Below are positions 43,190 to 54,618 of a stretch of 64,000 nt of DNA, in pieces; position 1 is the first letter of the stretch, and each line of letters opens with the position of its first letter. The DNA is from Eledone cirrhosa. Its lineage: Eukaryota. The notes below the pieces were generated by a model. That model was not told the origin of the DNA and did not search any database. It was given only the letters and a program-made list of their open reading frames with translations. The stretch lies in assembly GCA_964016885.1 (NCBI GenBank), contig OZ024753.1, forward strand, positions 33,170,001 to 33,234,000. The letters are read 5' to 3'. Both the position numbers and the translations under genes were made by a program.

Positions 43190-43624
43190 CACACACACAT
43201 ATATATATACACAAACATACACGTGTATATATACACATACATACATACATACATACATACATACATGCATGCATGCATGCATGCATACATACATACATAC
43301 ATACATACATACATACATACATACATACATACATACTATCATGTTGCTTTGAGGGCTACTGTTGACAATTTATAATATATGGTATTATTTTGCTTGTAAA
43401 GATTCTTAACTATGTATCAAAATCAAAGAAATATCTTTCACATAATGAAACAATATCATGAAGCTCTATATAGTTTTTGATTCAAATAGAAATAAGAAAA
43501 TGTATAAAACATTGAATTTACACAGTTCTTCCTGGTAATATATAATCCACACAATAATTATATATATCTATATATATTCAACAAGGAAATATATAATTTA
43601 TACAACATATATATATATATATAG

Positions 43625-43816
43625 TAATAATTGTTTCTACTTTAGGCACAAGGCCAGCAATTACCCGGTACATTACTGGTACTTTATTTTATCGACCCCG
43701 TAAGGATGAAAGGCAAAATTTACCTCGGCAGGATTTGAACTCAGAATGTAAAGGCACGTAACTATGCTAGAAAGCATGGCATCCAACCCTCTACCGATAC
43801 TGCCAATTCACCACCC
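43625..43816 (-). mobile_element. SINE family A, full length
   Basis: Complete reverse-complement copy abutting (TA)n. Confidence 0.9.
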
Positions 43817-43841
43817 TTATATTATTACTATTATTATTACT

Positions 43842-45650
43842 GTGTCATACCAAAAGATTGGTGCAGTAGCATCATTGTCAACTGCTGCAAAGGTAAAGGT
43901 GATGCACTAGATAGAGGAAACTATAGAGGTATAAAGTTGATGGACCAGGTCATGAAAGTAACAGAAAGAGTTATAGCACAGTTGATTAGGGACCGGGTGA
44001 AAATAGACGAGATGCAATTTGGGTTTGTACCAGGAAGAGGCACCACTGATGCCCTCTTCCTGGTGAGGCAATTACAGGAAAAGTACCGAGCTAAAAGTAA
44101 GCCACTCTACTTGGTATTTGTCGACCTTGAGAAAGCCTTTGACAGAGTTCCACGTGCTGTAATCTGGTGGGCTCTTAGAAAACTAGGAGTAGATGAATGG
44201 CTTGTGAAAGCAGTACAAGCCATGTATAGGGGAGCAGTCAGCAAAGTTAGGATTAGCAATGAGTATAGCGAGGAATTTAGCGTACAGGTTGGGGTCCACC
44301 AGGGCTCTGTTCTTAGCCCCCTCCTGTTCATCATAGTCCTGCAGGTAATAACGGAGGAGTTTAAGACCGGATGCCCATGGGAACTCCTGTATGCTGATGA
44401 CCTTGCACTTATAGCTGAATCTATGGTAGAACTAGAGAATAAATTTCAAACTTGGAAGCAGGGACTAGAAAGAAAGGGTTTCAAAGTCAACATGACAAAG
44501 ACTAAGGTCCTTGTAAGTAGACGAGAAAACAGAACCCAGATCCCCTCGGGGAAATGGCCTTGCTCAGTATGTAGGAAAGGTGTAGGTAGGAACTCCATTC
44601 TCTCCCCCAAATGCAAACAATGGGTACACAAGAGATGTAGCGGGATCTCAGGAAGCTTAATTAAGAATGTAGGCTTCACACGCAGCAGCTGTGCTGGGAC
44701 AGCAAGCAGCAAACAGCCACAGGAAACAAGTACCACCAATCTCTGGGAGGGCTCTGTATAAACAGTAGACAGCTTCTGCTACCTAGGTGACTGAATTAGC
44801 AGCGGAGGTGGGTATTCAGAAAGTACAATAACTAGGGTAAGAACGGGATGGAAGAAGTTTAGGGAACTACTACCACTGCTAGCTGCAAAAGGCTTCTCCC
44901 TCAGAATGAAAGGCAGACTGTATGATGCGTGTATCCAAACAGCGATGTTGCATGGTAGTGAGACCTGGGCGCTGAAGGTGGAAGACTTACGTAGATTAGA
45001 GAGAAACGAAGCCTGCATGCTCCAATGGATGTGTAACAGTAATATACGTGAACGACAAAGCATAAATGAATTTAGAGAGAGACTGAGCATAAGAGGAATC
45101 AAATGCTGTGTGCAGGAGAGGCGGTTGTGCTGGTATGGACATGTGATGCGTATGAAGGATGACAGCTGCATAAAAAGGTGCAGAGCACTAGAGTCGATGG
45201 AAATCACGGGGTGGGGAGACCCAAGATGACCTGGGATGAGGTGATAAAACCCAACCTTACCCAATTACACCTCTCAAAGGCAATGACACACAACCGTGAC
45301 CTATGGCGTCACGCAGTAATACAGAGTACCCGACCTCCTATGGGTACAAGCTGAAGCATATAGACAATATGCCCCCACACCGCAAGGTGGTCGTGGAGGT
45401 GCCACGGCAAAAAAGCACCCAGCCCACACTGTAAAGTGGATGTGTAGGCGCCACGAAAAAGCACCCAGCACTCACTGTAAATGAGGTTGGTGTTAGGAAG
45501 GGCGTCCAGCTGTAGAAATCAAGCCAAATCAGTTCCTGTATGAGCAAGGCATGGTCAGCCGACCAGAAACTGCCAACAACAGGACAACCCGTCTAACCCA
45601 TGCTAGCGTGGAAGAACGGACGTAAAACGGTGATGATGATGATGATGATT
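43842..45650 (+). mobile_element. 5'-truncated RTE-clade LINE with 3' UTR and (GAT)n tail
   Basis: RT-encoding frame from 43844, ~300-bp 3' UTR, and terminus ..ggacgtaaaacggt(gat)n. Confidence 0.92.
43844..45354 (+). pseudogene. RTE reverse transcriptase ORF (disrupted)
   Basis: NYRGIKL, QFGFVPGRGTTDA, FVDLEKAFDRV, GVHQGSVLSPLLF, LLYADDL, FCYLGD, HGSETW, RLCWYGHVMR, GRPKMTW. Stops at 44759 and 44792 and a frameshift near 45210. Confidence 0.92.
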
Positions 45651-45662
45651 ACTATATATATA

Positions 45663-45846
45663 GTGGATTGGCAGTATCAGTAGAGGGTCGATGCCATGCT
45701 TTCCTGCATAGTTACGTCCCTTTACGATCTGAGTTCAAATCCCGCCGAGGTTGACTTTGTTATCGACCCCGTAAGGATGAAAGGCAAAGTACCAGTAATG
45801 CACTGGGTAATTGCTGGCCTTGTGCCTAAAGTAGAAACAATTATTA
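45663..45846 (+). mobile_element. SINE family A with internal micro-inversion
   Basis: Head and tail are forward but the core at 45760-45785 is inverted. Flanked by duplicated attactatatatatag. Confidence 0.9.
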
Positions 45847-45884
45847 CTATATATATAGGAGGCACATTTATTACTATATATATA

Positions 45885-46222
45885 GGAGGCACATGGCTTA
45901 GTGGTTAGAGCATTGGCCTTGCAATCGAAAGGTTGTGAGTTCAATTCTCAGACCGGGTGATGTGTTGTTTCCTTGAGCAAGACACTTTATTTCACATTGC
46001 TCCAGTTTACTCAGCTGTAGAAATGAGATGATAGGGACTGGGGTTCCTATCATTCCACTGCAAAGTGGTCGTGGAGGTGCCACGGCAAAAAAGCACCCAG
46101 CACTCACTGTAAATGAGGTTGGTGTTAGGAAGGGCATCCAGCTGTAGAAATCAAGCCAGAATCAGTTCCTGTCCCACCCTTGCAAGCAGGGAAAAGTGGA
46201 CGTAAAATGAAATGATGATGAT
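45885..46222 (+). mobile_element. SINE family B, full length
   Basis: tRNA head, core, RTE-derived tail, (GAT)n. Confidence 0.92.
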
Positions 46223-47209
46223 ATATATAGTAATAATAATGTGATTCTTTGCTCAAACTTTAATCTGTTATTTTAATATATATATATATTAGAAAAAACG
46301 AGGTAGTTTTGTTTACATGTATAGGATTCTTATCGTGCATCAACTTTTTGTAGAGGATTGACCCAAAGTCCCCCATAGGAGTTATTGACCCGACTCCTAT
46401 ATATTCAAGAAGGAAAGGTAACATAGGAGAGTAATACAATGTGCAATGATTGTGTATTAGTTTAATACTTGATATAGTTGGGAAAATCTTAACATGTTGG
46501 ACACTAATCCTTCATCAGAAGATAGAATGAGAGCGCGAGGAGAGCATTTGTATTAGAGAGAAAAGAAACAAAGAAAGATAGCTACTCTAACAAGGAGTGT
46601 TGTTAAAAGCCCAGCAGGGAAAAAAATCAAAACCTAAATGTATGAATTCAACAATGTCAACAGTTATCTAACAAAAGTGTATAAAGAGATAAAAAGATAT
46701 CAGAAAGATGGTGAACAACTGCACTATGACATATTAGGAGAATGATGGACTCTTAGTTATCAGATTATCTGAGAAAGGAACATTCTGATTTCAAAACACT
46801 GCTATTACCCTGTGGATCCCTTTGGTAGGAAAAGACTAGGAAATGCAATGTTCTGTTTAACACCTTTGGTTTAATGCCATCAAAAAATGCTTGCTTTACT
46901 CAAAATGTTGATGATATGAAATGTAAACTCACACACCCTTTGGTAATGTGACATTCTCAAGTAATTTCTACCTACAGAATTCTCAAGTAATTTCCACCTA
47001 CACTATTTTTGGTGATGTCTACATATTTAACAAATTCAAAGAATACTATCAAAATGCTGCATATATGAGTGGGCTGGTGTAAAAATACAGAATGCAACTT
47101 GTTGAAAAGCTTGAAGGATGATCAATTTGCAGTTGATAAGTTACAAAAAATGGTCTGCCAGAGTTCAGATGGTGGTGACATTCAAATTCAAGTGGATAGT
47201 GATTACACA

Positions 47210-47559
47210 CATCATCATCATTTCATCATCATTTCATTTTACGTCCGCTTTTTCCCTGCTTGCAAGGGTGGGACGGGAACTGATTCTGACTTGATTTCTA
47301 CAGCTGGATGCCCTTTCTAACACCAACCTCATTTACAGTGAGTGCTGGGTGCCTTTTTGCCGTGGCACCTCCACGTCCACTTTACAGTGGAATGATAGGG
47401 ACCCCAGTCCCTATCATCTCATTTCTACAGCTGAGTAAACTGGAGCAATGTGAAATAAAGTGTCTTGCTCAAGGAAACAACACATCACCCGGTCTGAGAA
47501 TTGAACTCACAACCTTTCGATTGCAAGGCCAATGCTCTAACCACTAAGCCATGTGCCTC

Positions 47560-47560
<1 letters not shown>
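47210..47560 (-). mobile_element. SINE family B, full length
   Basis: Near-identical inverted copy of 45885-46222. Head abuts (TA)n. Confidence 0.92.
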
Positions 47561-47605
<45 letters not shown>

Positions 47606-48081
47606 TGTGTGTGACTGACTTCTAACCAATTTATACTTTGCTATGATTAACACACTCATACTTTCAGACATAAACATAGAAACAAAGACACAGAATTGAA
47701 AAAGATCAAAGTAAACTACAAATTAGAATGGAAAATAATACCCAGAGCTAAATCGAATGCTCCTAACCACTTAAGTAATTTATTCACCACAATAAGCTTT
47801 TAAATACTCACAGAATCCAAACCTTTAAAATCACACTCCTCCTTTTACATTTATTTTTCTATGCTTGTATGGTTTAGATGGGCTGCCTTATAGTTGTATA
47901 TACGCATGCATGTGTGGGTGGGTGTGTATGCATGGACATGTAACTCCTGATGTAATCAAATGTGCCATTGTGACATACAGCATGATTTGAAGCATTTTAA
48001 ACCTAAAGCAGCCCATCCTTTCTCCAGGTCTGAACACAGCCTATTTTTTTTTCCAGAGAAGAAGAGTGAGTGAGAGAGTAT

Positions 48082-48363
48082 AAACGAGAAAGAGACATAG
48101 AAGAAGAAACGAGAAAGAGACATAGAAGAAGAAACGAGAAATAGACATAGAAGAAGAAACGAGAAAGAGACATAGAAGAAGAAACGAGAAAGAGACATAG
48201 AAGAAGAAACGAGAAAGAGACATAGAAGAAGAAATGAGAAAGAGACATAGAAGAAGAAACGAGAAAGAGACATAGAAGAAGAAATGAGAAAGAGACATAG
48301 AAGAAGAAACGAGAAAGAGACATAGAAGAAGAAACGGAAAAGAGACATAGAAGAAGAAACGAG
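48082..48363. repeat. 25-bp minisatellite, about 11 units (gagaaagagacatagaagaagaaac)
   Basis: agagacatag-like motif recurs at 48091, 48116, 48141 and onward, with few substitutions. Confidence 0.95.
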
Positions 48364-49054
48364 CCCAATACTAGGCTGTTATTTCTTTTATCAACCTCAA
48401 AATGATCAAGACAAATATAACCTTGACAGGACTTGCAACAACACAGAGAACGAGAATAAATAACAAACATCCTATTTGATGTTCTAACAACTCTGCCAAT
48501 TTACTGTCTTGCTTTGTAGTAGTTATAACTATAAATTATACTTATGAATATTTGTTTTGCCCATATAATTAAAATTTCCCCACTTTCTGTTGTTGTATCC
48601 ATAATATCCCGTTTCACCAGCAACCTATAACATATTTTACTATGGGCTGGATCTAAATCAATAAATATTTTAAAATTACAATATTAAAGCTCTATATTTT
48701 AACAACAAATGAAAAACAAAGCATAAACTCTAGGATGATATTTCAAATATATCTTATGATTCAAACAACGGAAATTTTTGATTTTACAACTTTTTCTCTA
48801 TCTCTTATTTTTTTGCATTTATTGTTTTGTTAATTTGTTCAATTTTATTTTAACTTATTTTATTTATTTATTTTAATTTATATATAGTTATTTTTGCTTC
48901 ACAGTAAAGGAATTGTATTTGTTGCTACAAGAAAAGAGTCAGTATTTCTAATTTCCTGCTGAATTCTTGGAACAGGATTTACCATTAAAAGAAAAACGGA
49001 AATATATTCTGTTGAAAGCATCATTAATTGTGTAACAGTTATGTAAGCATGGCT

Positions 49055-49106
<52 letters not shown>

Positions 49107-50309
49107 TGTGTGTGTGTGTGTGTGTGAGGGCATGTATGAGTGTGTGTGTATGAGTGTGTGTGTGTATGGCATTCATTTTATTTAGTTTTCTTCTTCAACT
49201 AAGAGGAAATCATTGAACAAGGAGAAAGGAAAGTTCAGTGTTTGCAGGAGATCAGAAATAAGAGAAGGGGTAAATGAGAGGAAGAGAAAAAAGAAGGTAA
49301 GGTAAAGTTAAGACAGGAGGAAAAAAGGAATAAGAACAAGGATCAGGCCAGAAAAAGTTTTATTTTAAAATTTACTGAAAGTAATCAAGACAAGAAAGTG
49401 GCATATAGTTGTGTGTGTGTATGTGTGTATGTATATATGTGTGTGCATATGTGTGTGCGTGTGTGTGTGTGCATATATGTGTACGTATGTGGATGTGTAT
49501 GTGCGTGTGTATGTGCGTGTGTTTGTAAGAATATGTCTATTTGCATACATGTATTTGTAAGTATGTGTATTTGTCTGACCAGGTAATATATATATACATC
49601 TAGACATTTTAAATTAAACACCTATGTCTTGAGATTTTGCCAATTACTAACGTTCTCTTCTATAAATTAGATGATATTCTGTAATATTAACCGACTTCCT
49701 GGTACATGTCACACTCAACGAAACTAATTCTGTTCAGGTGTTACTTCAGAGACACATACCTCAGTTCTTCCACACAACATGACAAAAAAAAAAGCGGTTT
49801 GGAATGACTAACTTTATTGGTCTGCATTAACTTTTAGTATGTATGACTATTATGTGTGTATGAGTATATATATGTGTGTGTGTGTGTAAAAGGTAAACAG
49901 ATATAGCAAAGCAAATGACAGTACATTAAAGAAATATATTAGTTTAATGTTTGACATAGCAGGAAAAGACTCTTAACGTTTCAGACACTAGTCCTTCACC
50001 AGAAGACAGAGTTAGAAATAGAAGATAAAATAAAAAGATAAAGAATGAAAAGAGGAAGAAACAGGGTGAAAAGTGAGAAAAAAGGATGAAAGGAAATGTT
50101 GACCTTGGCAGGATTTGAATCGAGTGCAGAGCAATGTCACGAATAGCACAAATGATGTTATCTGATGTTGTAATGACTTCGTCAATTTACCACCTTAGGG
50201 AAACAGACTTTTTAAAAACAACTAAAGATGGTAATTGAAACTTGTAACCTCATAGGATGGAATCTATACTGAGCAGCTAGAGTCTGAATGGAAATCAGAA
50301 AGTAATTTC

Positions 50310-50446
50310 TGAAAATTGACAGTGCTGAGATAAAGGAACTGGAAATACAACATCAAAGCATACACAAAGATAATCAGGTTTAGGACAGGAATGGAAGTTG
50401 CTTAAAGAGGCATATGTCCAGCAGTGCATTGCTAGAGGGCAGCGAA
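50310..50446 (+). pseudogene. Decayed extreme 3' end of an RTE LINE
   Basis: ..QV*DR..EWKLLKEAYVQQCIARG resembles the RTE terminal AQDRxxW..LxEAYVQQW motif and is followed directly by a (GAA)n-derived tract. Confidence 0.55.
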
Positions 50447-51217
50447 GATGGTGAAGAAGAAGACAATGAAGAAGAATAAGAAGACAACGAAGAAGAAGAA
50501 TAGAAGAAGAAGACAACGAAGAAGAAGAATAGAAGAAGAAGACAACGAAGAAGAAGAAGAAGACAACGAAGAAGAAGAAGACAACGAAGAAGAAGAAGAC
50601 AACGAAGAAGAAGAAGACAAAGAAGAAGAAGACAAAGAAGAAGACAACGAAGAAGAAGACAATGAAGAAGAAGACAATGAAGAAAAAGACAATGAAGAAG
50701 AAGACAACAAAGACGCAGAAGAAGAAGACAATGAAGAAGAAGAAGAAGAAGAAGACAACAAAGACGCAGAAGAAGAAGAAGAAGAAGAAGACAATGAAGA
50801 AGAAGAAGAAGACAACGAAGACGCAGAAGAAGAAGAAGACAATGAAGAAGAAGAAGAAGACAACGAAGAAGAAGAAGAAGAAGAAAAAGAAGAAGAAGAA
50901 TACAATGAAGAAGAAGAAGAAGACAACGAAGACGCAGAAGAAGAAGACAATGAAGAAGAAGACAATGAAGAAGAAGAAGACAACGAAGACGCAGAAGAAG
51001 AAGAAGGAGAAGACAACAAAGAAGAAGAAGATGATGATGAAAAAGATAAAAAATATGAAGAAAACGACAAAAGATGAATACAGCAATGAAGAAGACGAAG
51101 ATGAAGACGATGAAGACGATGACAAAAAAGACAAAGATGATGAAGAAGATGAAGACAATGAAGAAGAAGATGAAGAAGAAGAAGATGAAGAAGAAGAAGA
51201 TGAAGGAGAAGAAGAAA
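50446..51217 (+). repeat. Compound (GAA)n tract with GACAA(C/T) interruptions
   Basis: Direct reading. Confidence 0.95.
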
Positions 51218-51488
51218 TAGAAAACATCAATAATTTGAAGTGATAAGTTTGCGATTTTCCTATTTGATTATCTCCAAGAAAGCTAAGAAATAAAAATTGC
51301 TTTAACATTGAATAATCTTGTTAGGACTGACCATTTATCCATGGAAATTTGATAGGTTTCAACCCCATGGTGTTTAATCAGGAATTTCTGGAGACTAATT
51401 CCAGAGTCAGATTGAAATTTTGAAAATATCTTAGTTTTCTTGCATCGAAACACACCACATACACAATATCTAATCTATCTAATCTATC

Positions 51489-51490
51489 GA

Positions 51491-51585
<95 letters not shown>

Positions 51586-51609
51586 AAGAAAGAGAGAGAG
51601 AGAGGAAAG

Positions 51610-51640
<31 letters not shown>

Positions 51641-51729
51641 AAGAAAGAAAGAGAGAGAGAGAAAGAGAGAGAAAGAGAAAGAGAGAGAGAGAGAAAGAAA
51701 GAGAGAGAAAAGAGAGAGAGAGAGAGAGA
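51489..51729. repeat. (GA)n/(GAAA)n polypurine tract
   Basis: Direct reading. Confidence 0.95.
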
Positions 51730-52217
51730 CATGGGGGGGGGGGGTTATCGAACTTGAAAATATGGGAGTCCTAAACACAGAAAATAAATGTAACAATGGT
51801 CAATCGCTATAAATAATAGCACAGAAGATTGGATAAAGTAACCTTATAGATAGGGAAAACAGGTGACCAGCAACTGGTACAGAAATTGAATTCCATATCT
51901 TCGAATACCATGCTGAGATATGTATGTATATGTATGTGTATATATTTATAGATATATAATACTTGTGCACCATTCTCTCTCTTCTTTGTCAGTTGATGCA
52001 CTTGGATACTTTTTTGTCTTTATTTGTATAATTCGCCAAAAGGCATAAATTGACCTGTTTTCGTTCTTCCCGTTTTGTTACATTTCAATGTGCACTGGAA
52101 TACATAGTGTCAGCCTTAATAACCTGAAACTGTAGTGATTTCCAAAGGTTGACTGAGGAAACAGAGCTATATTTCCATTGTTTTTCTTGTGCCCTCCCAC
52201 CAACGGTTTTGAATTAG

Positions 52218-52268
<51 letters not shown>

Positions 52269-52355
52269 CATACAAAGATCGGAATTAAAGTATTCCGCAA
52301 TTCACAGTAATAATATTAGCTCGAAGAAGAACAGAGAATTTTCATCTGAGCTCAA

Positions 52356-52626
52356 ATACAAATATATTACACAGAGAGAAGTGTGTTACACAGTGAGAAA
52401 TGTGTAAAAAATTATTACATGTGAGTTGAACAATACCTACAGGTTAGCAATTAAATAGAAAAAAAACTAATTCAGAATCAAATTTCTGAAGTAGAGTTTT
52501 TTTTCTATTTAATTGCTAACCTGTAGGTATTGTTCTCCATACAGTAACGGTTAAACTCACATGTAATAATTTTTTTACACACTTCTCACTGTGTAACACA
52601 CTTCTCTCTGTGTAATATATTTGTAT
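52356..52626. repeat. Long inverted repeat (arms ~120-140 bp, 6-nt loop)
   Basis: atacaaatatattacacagagagaagtgtgttacacagtgag..ttcagaa|tcaaat|ttctgaa..ctcactgtgtaacacacttctctctgtgtaatatatttgtat. The right arm has an extra 18 bp. Confidence 0.95.
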
Positions 52627-52685
52627 ATATAAATGGAAGTTGAAATTGTAAGGTATGTCAAATCTATCTATTTATAAGACTGTTT

Positions 52686-52762
52686 ATATTGTATTTTGTC
52701 TGATGAAGGCATACCATATTTTTAATATGATATCCCTGAAATATATATAATGAAATAAATAT
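52686..52762 (+). ncRNA. Minimal type I hammerhead ribozyme motif (Penelope-like)
   Basis: Stem I ATATT-g-TATTTTGT/ATGAAATA-AATAT; CTGATGA (52700-52706); stem II AGGcATAcCATATT/AATATGaTATcCCT; GAAA (52738-52741); stem III T-ATAT-A; predicted cleavage triplet AUA ending at 52749. Confidence 0.7.
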
Positions 52763-52883
52763 GGTTTTATAAATATAGTTTCCATTTATTTAATATCGTA
52801 AATATACTCCAAATACTTGTTGAGTGCTTTTATATCAGTTATAAATATTTACTCGTAACCCAACAATTTAAATAAAACTTTGC

Positions 52884-52914
<31 letters not shown>

Positions 52915-53304
52915 GAGAGAGAGGTGGTAGCTTTACACACATGAACCTTCATAGGTACAGCTTAATTCATCTCATCAAGGCATTTAATCACTGGCAATCC
53001 ATAACAACTAATTAAAAGTAAATTGTCTGTGTAAACTAATCAGAAACAATGGTGTTTCCATTGCTGGTACTATCAGCTAGGAGGAGGCAGGATTTGCACC
53101 CAAGATGCAAAGTCTCAGAGCTGATACCACAAAGCATCCCATCAGACTCCTTAACAATTCCCCCAATCCACTATTCCTCGACTCCCAAGAAGTATTGCTA
53201 TAAATAGTCAACTACAAGGTAAGGGATGATTATGAAGCTATTATAACATACAAGGAAAAGGAGGAGATTGTGTGTATACAATTGAAGATTTCATATATAT
53301 ATAT

Positions 53305-53631
53305 ATCATCATACATCCGCTTTTCCCTGCTTGCAAGGGTGGGACGGGAACTGATTCTGGCTTGATTTCTACAGCTGATGCCCTTCCTAACACCAACCTC
53401 ATTTACAGTGAGTGCTGGGTACTTTTTTGCCGTGGTGCCTATACGACCACTTTACAGTGGAATGATAGGGACCCCAGTCCCTATCATCTCATTTCTACAG
53501 CTGAGTAAACTGGAGCAATGTGAAATAAAGTGTCTTGCTCAAGGAAACAACACATCATCCCGGTCTGAGAATTGAACTCACAACCTTTCGATTGCAAGAC
53601 CAATGCTCTAACCACTAAGCTATGTGCCTCC
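53305..53631 (-). mobile_element. SINE family B
   Basis: Full reverse-complement copy. (TA)n on both sides. Confidence 0.9.
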
Positions 53632-53769
<138 letters not shown>

Positions 53770-53939
53770 TTAAGGATACTATTTATGGGTTATGTATGTA
53801 ATAAAACCTTTTATGGTAATATATTTTTTATATATACAACCCTAAATAGTGAAAGATAGTCATTAATTACTATCCTATTACCAGTAAGATAAATAGCTCA
53901 ATGTAATAACATCACTTGTTTTACAGAGCAGTTATATAT

Positions 53940-53971
<32 letters not shown>

Positions 53972-54026
53972 AATATATTAGTTTAGCGAGGTTTTTTATA
54001 TGAAATCGTGTGTCGAAACAAATATT

Positions 54027-54618
54027 GTTATACTTGGAGAGGGTCATATTTGTGTAATATTGCCAGAATTAATAACAGAAGACACTCACTGTTTGGTTGG
54101 TTTTCGCTTCTCGCTGTCTTTTATATCTGCAATCTAACTTACCCGGTCCTCAATGTTGCCATTGACTGACCGACGGTCAAAAATAATACAGATACAATAT
54201 AGACACAAACACATATATATAGTTTACATAAATCTTTCGTTGCACATCTGCAACATCGTCAGTGGTGTTATATTTTCCTCCTGTTGTGTTGTATATCTAC
54301 GCCATTTTTATTTTTATGATAGACAGACTGAATAAAAAATGGCGTAGATATACAACACAACAGGAGGAAAATATAACACCACTGACGATGTTGCAGATGT
54401 GCAACGAAAGATTTATGTAAACTATATATATGTGTTTGTGTCTATATTGTATCTGTATTATTTTTGACCCGTCGGTCAGTCAATGGCAACATTGAGGAGC
54501 GAGTAAGTTAGATTGCAGATATAAAAGACAGCGAGAAGCGAAAACCAACCAAACAGTGAGTGTGTTCTGTTATTAATTCTGGCAATATTACACAAATATG
54601 ATCCTCCCCAAGTATAAC
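54027..54618. repeat. Near-perfect ~590-bp palindrome (~285-bp arms, 18-bp spacer)
   Basis: gttatacttgg..ctacgccatttttatt (54027-54312), spacer 54313-54330, aataaaaaatggcgtag..ccaagtataac (54331-54618). Only scattered mismatches. Confidence 0.97.

Noticed and set aside
48082-48363. 25-bp array as CRISPR-like
   Set aside because: Head-to-tail units with no unique spacers, in a eukaryotic context.
50295-51308. Poly-E, poly-K, poly-S and poly-F ORFs
   Set aside because: Trinucleotide repeat open in most frames, with no splice or start context.
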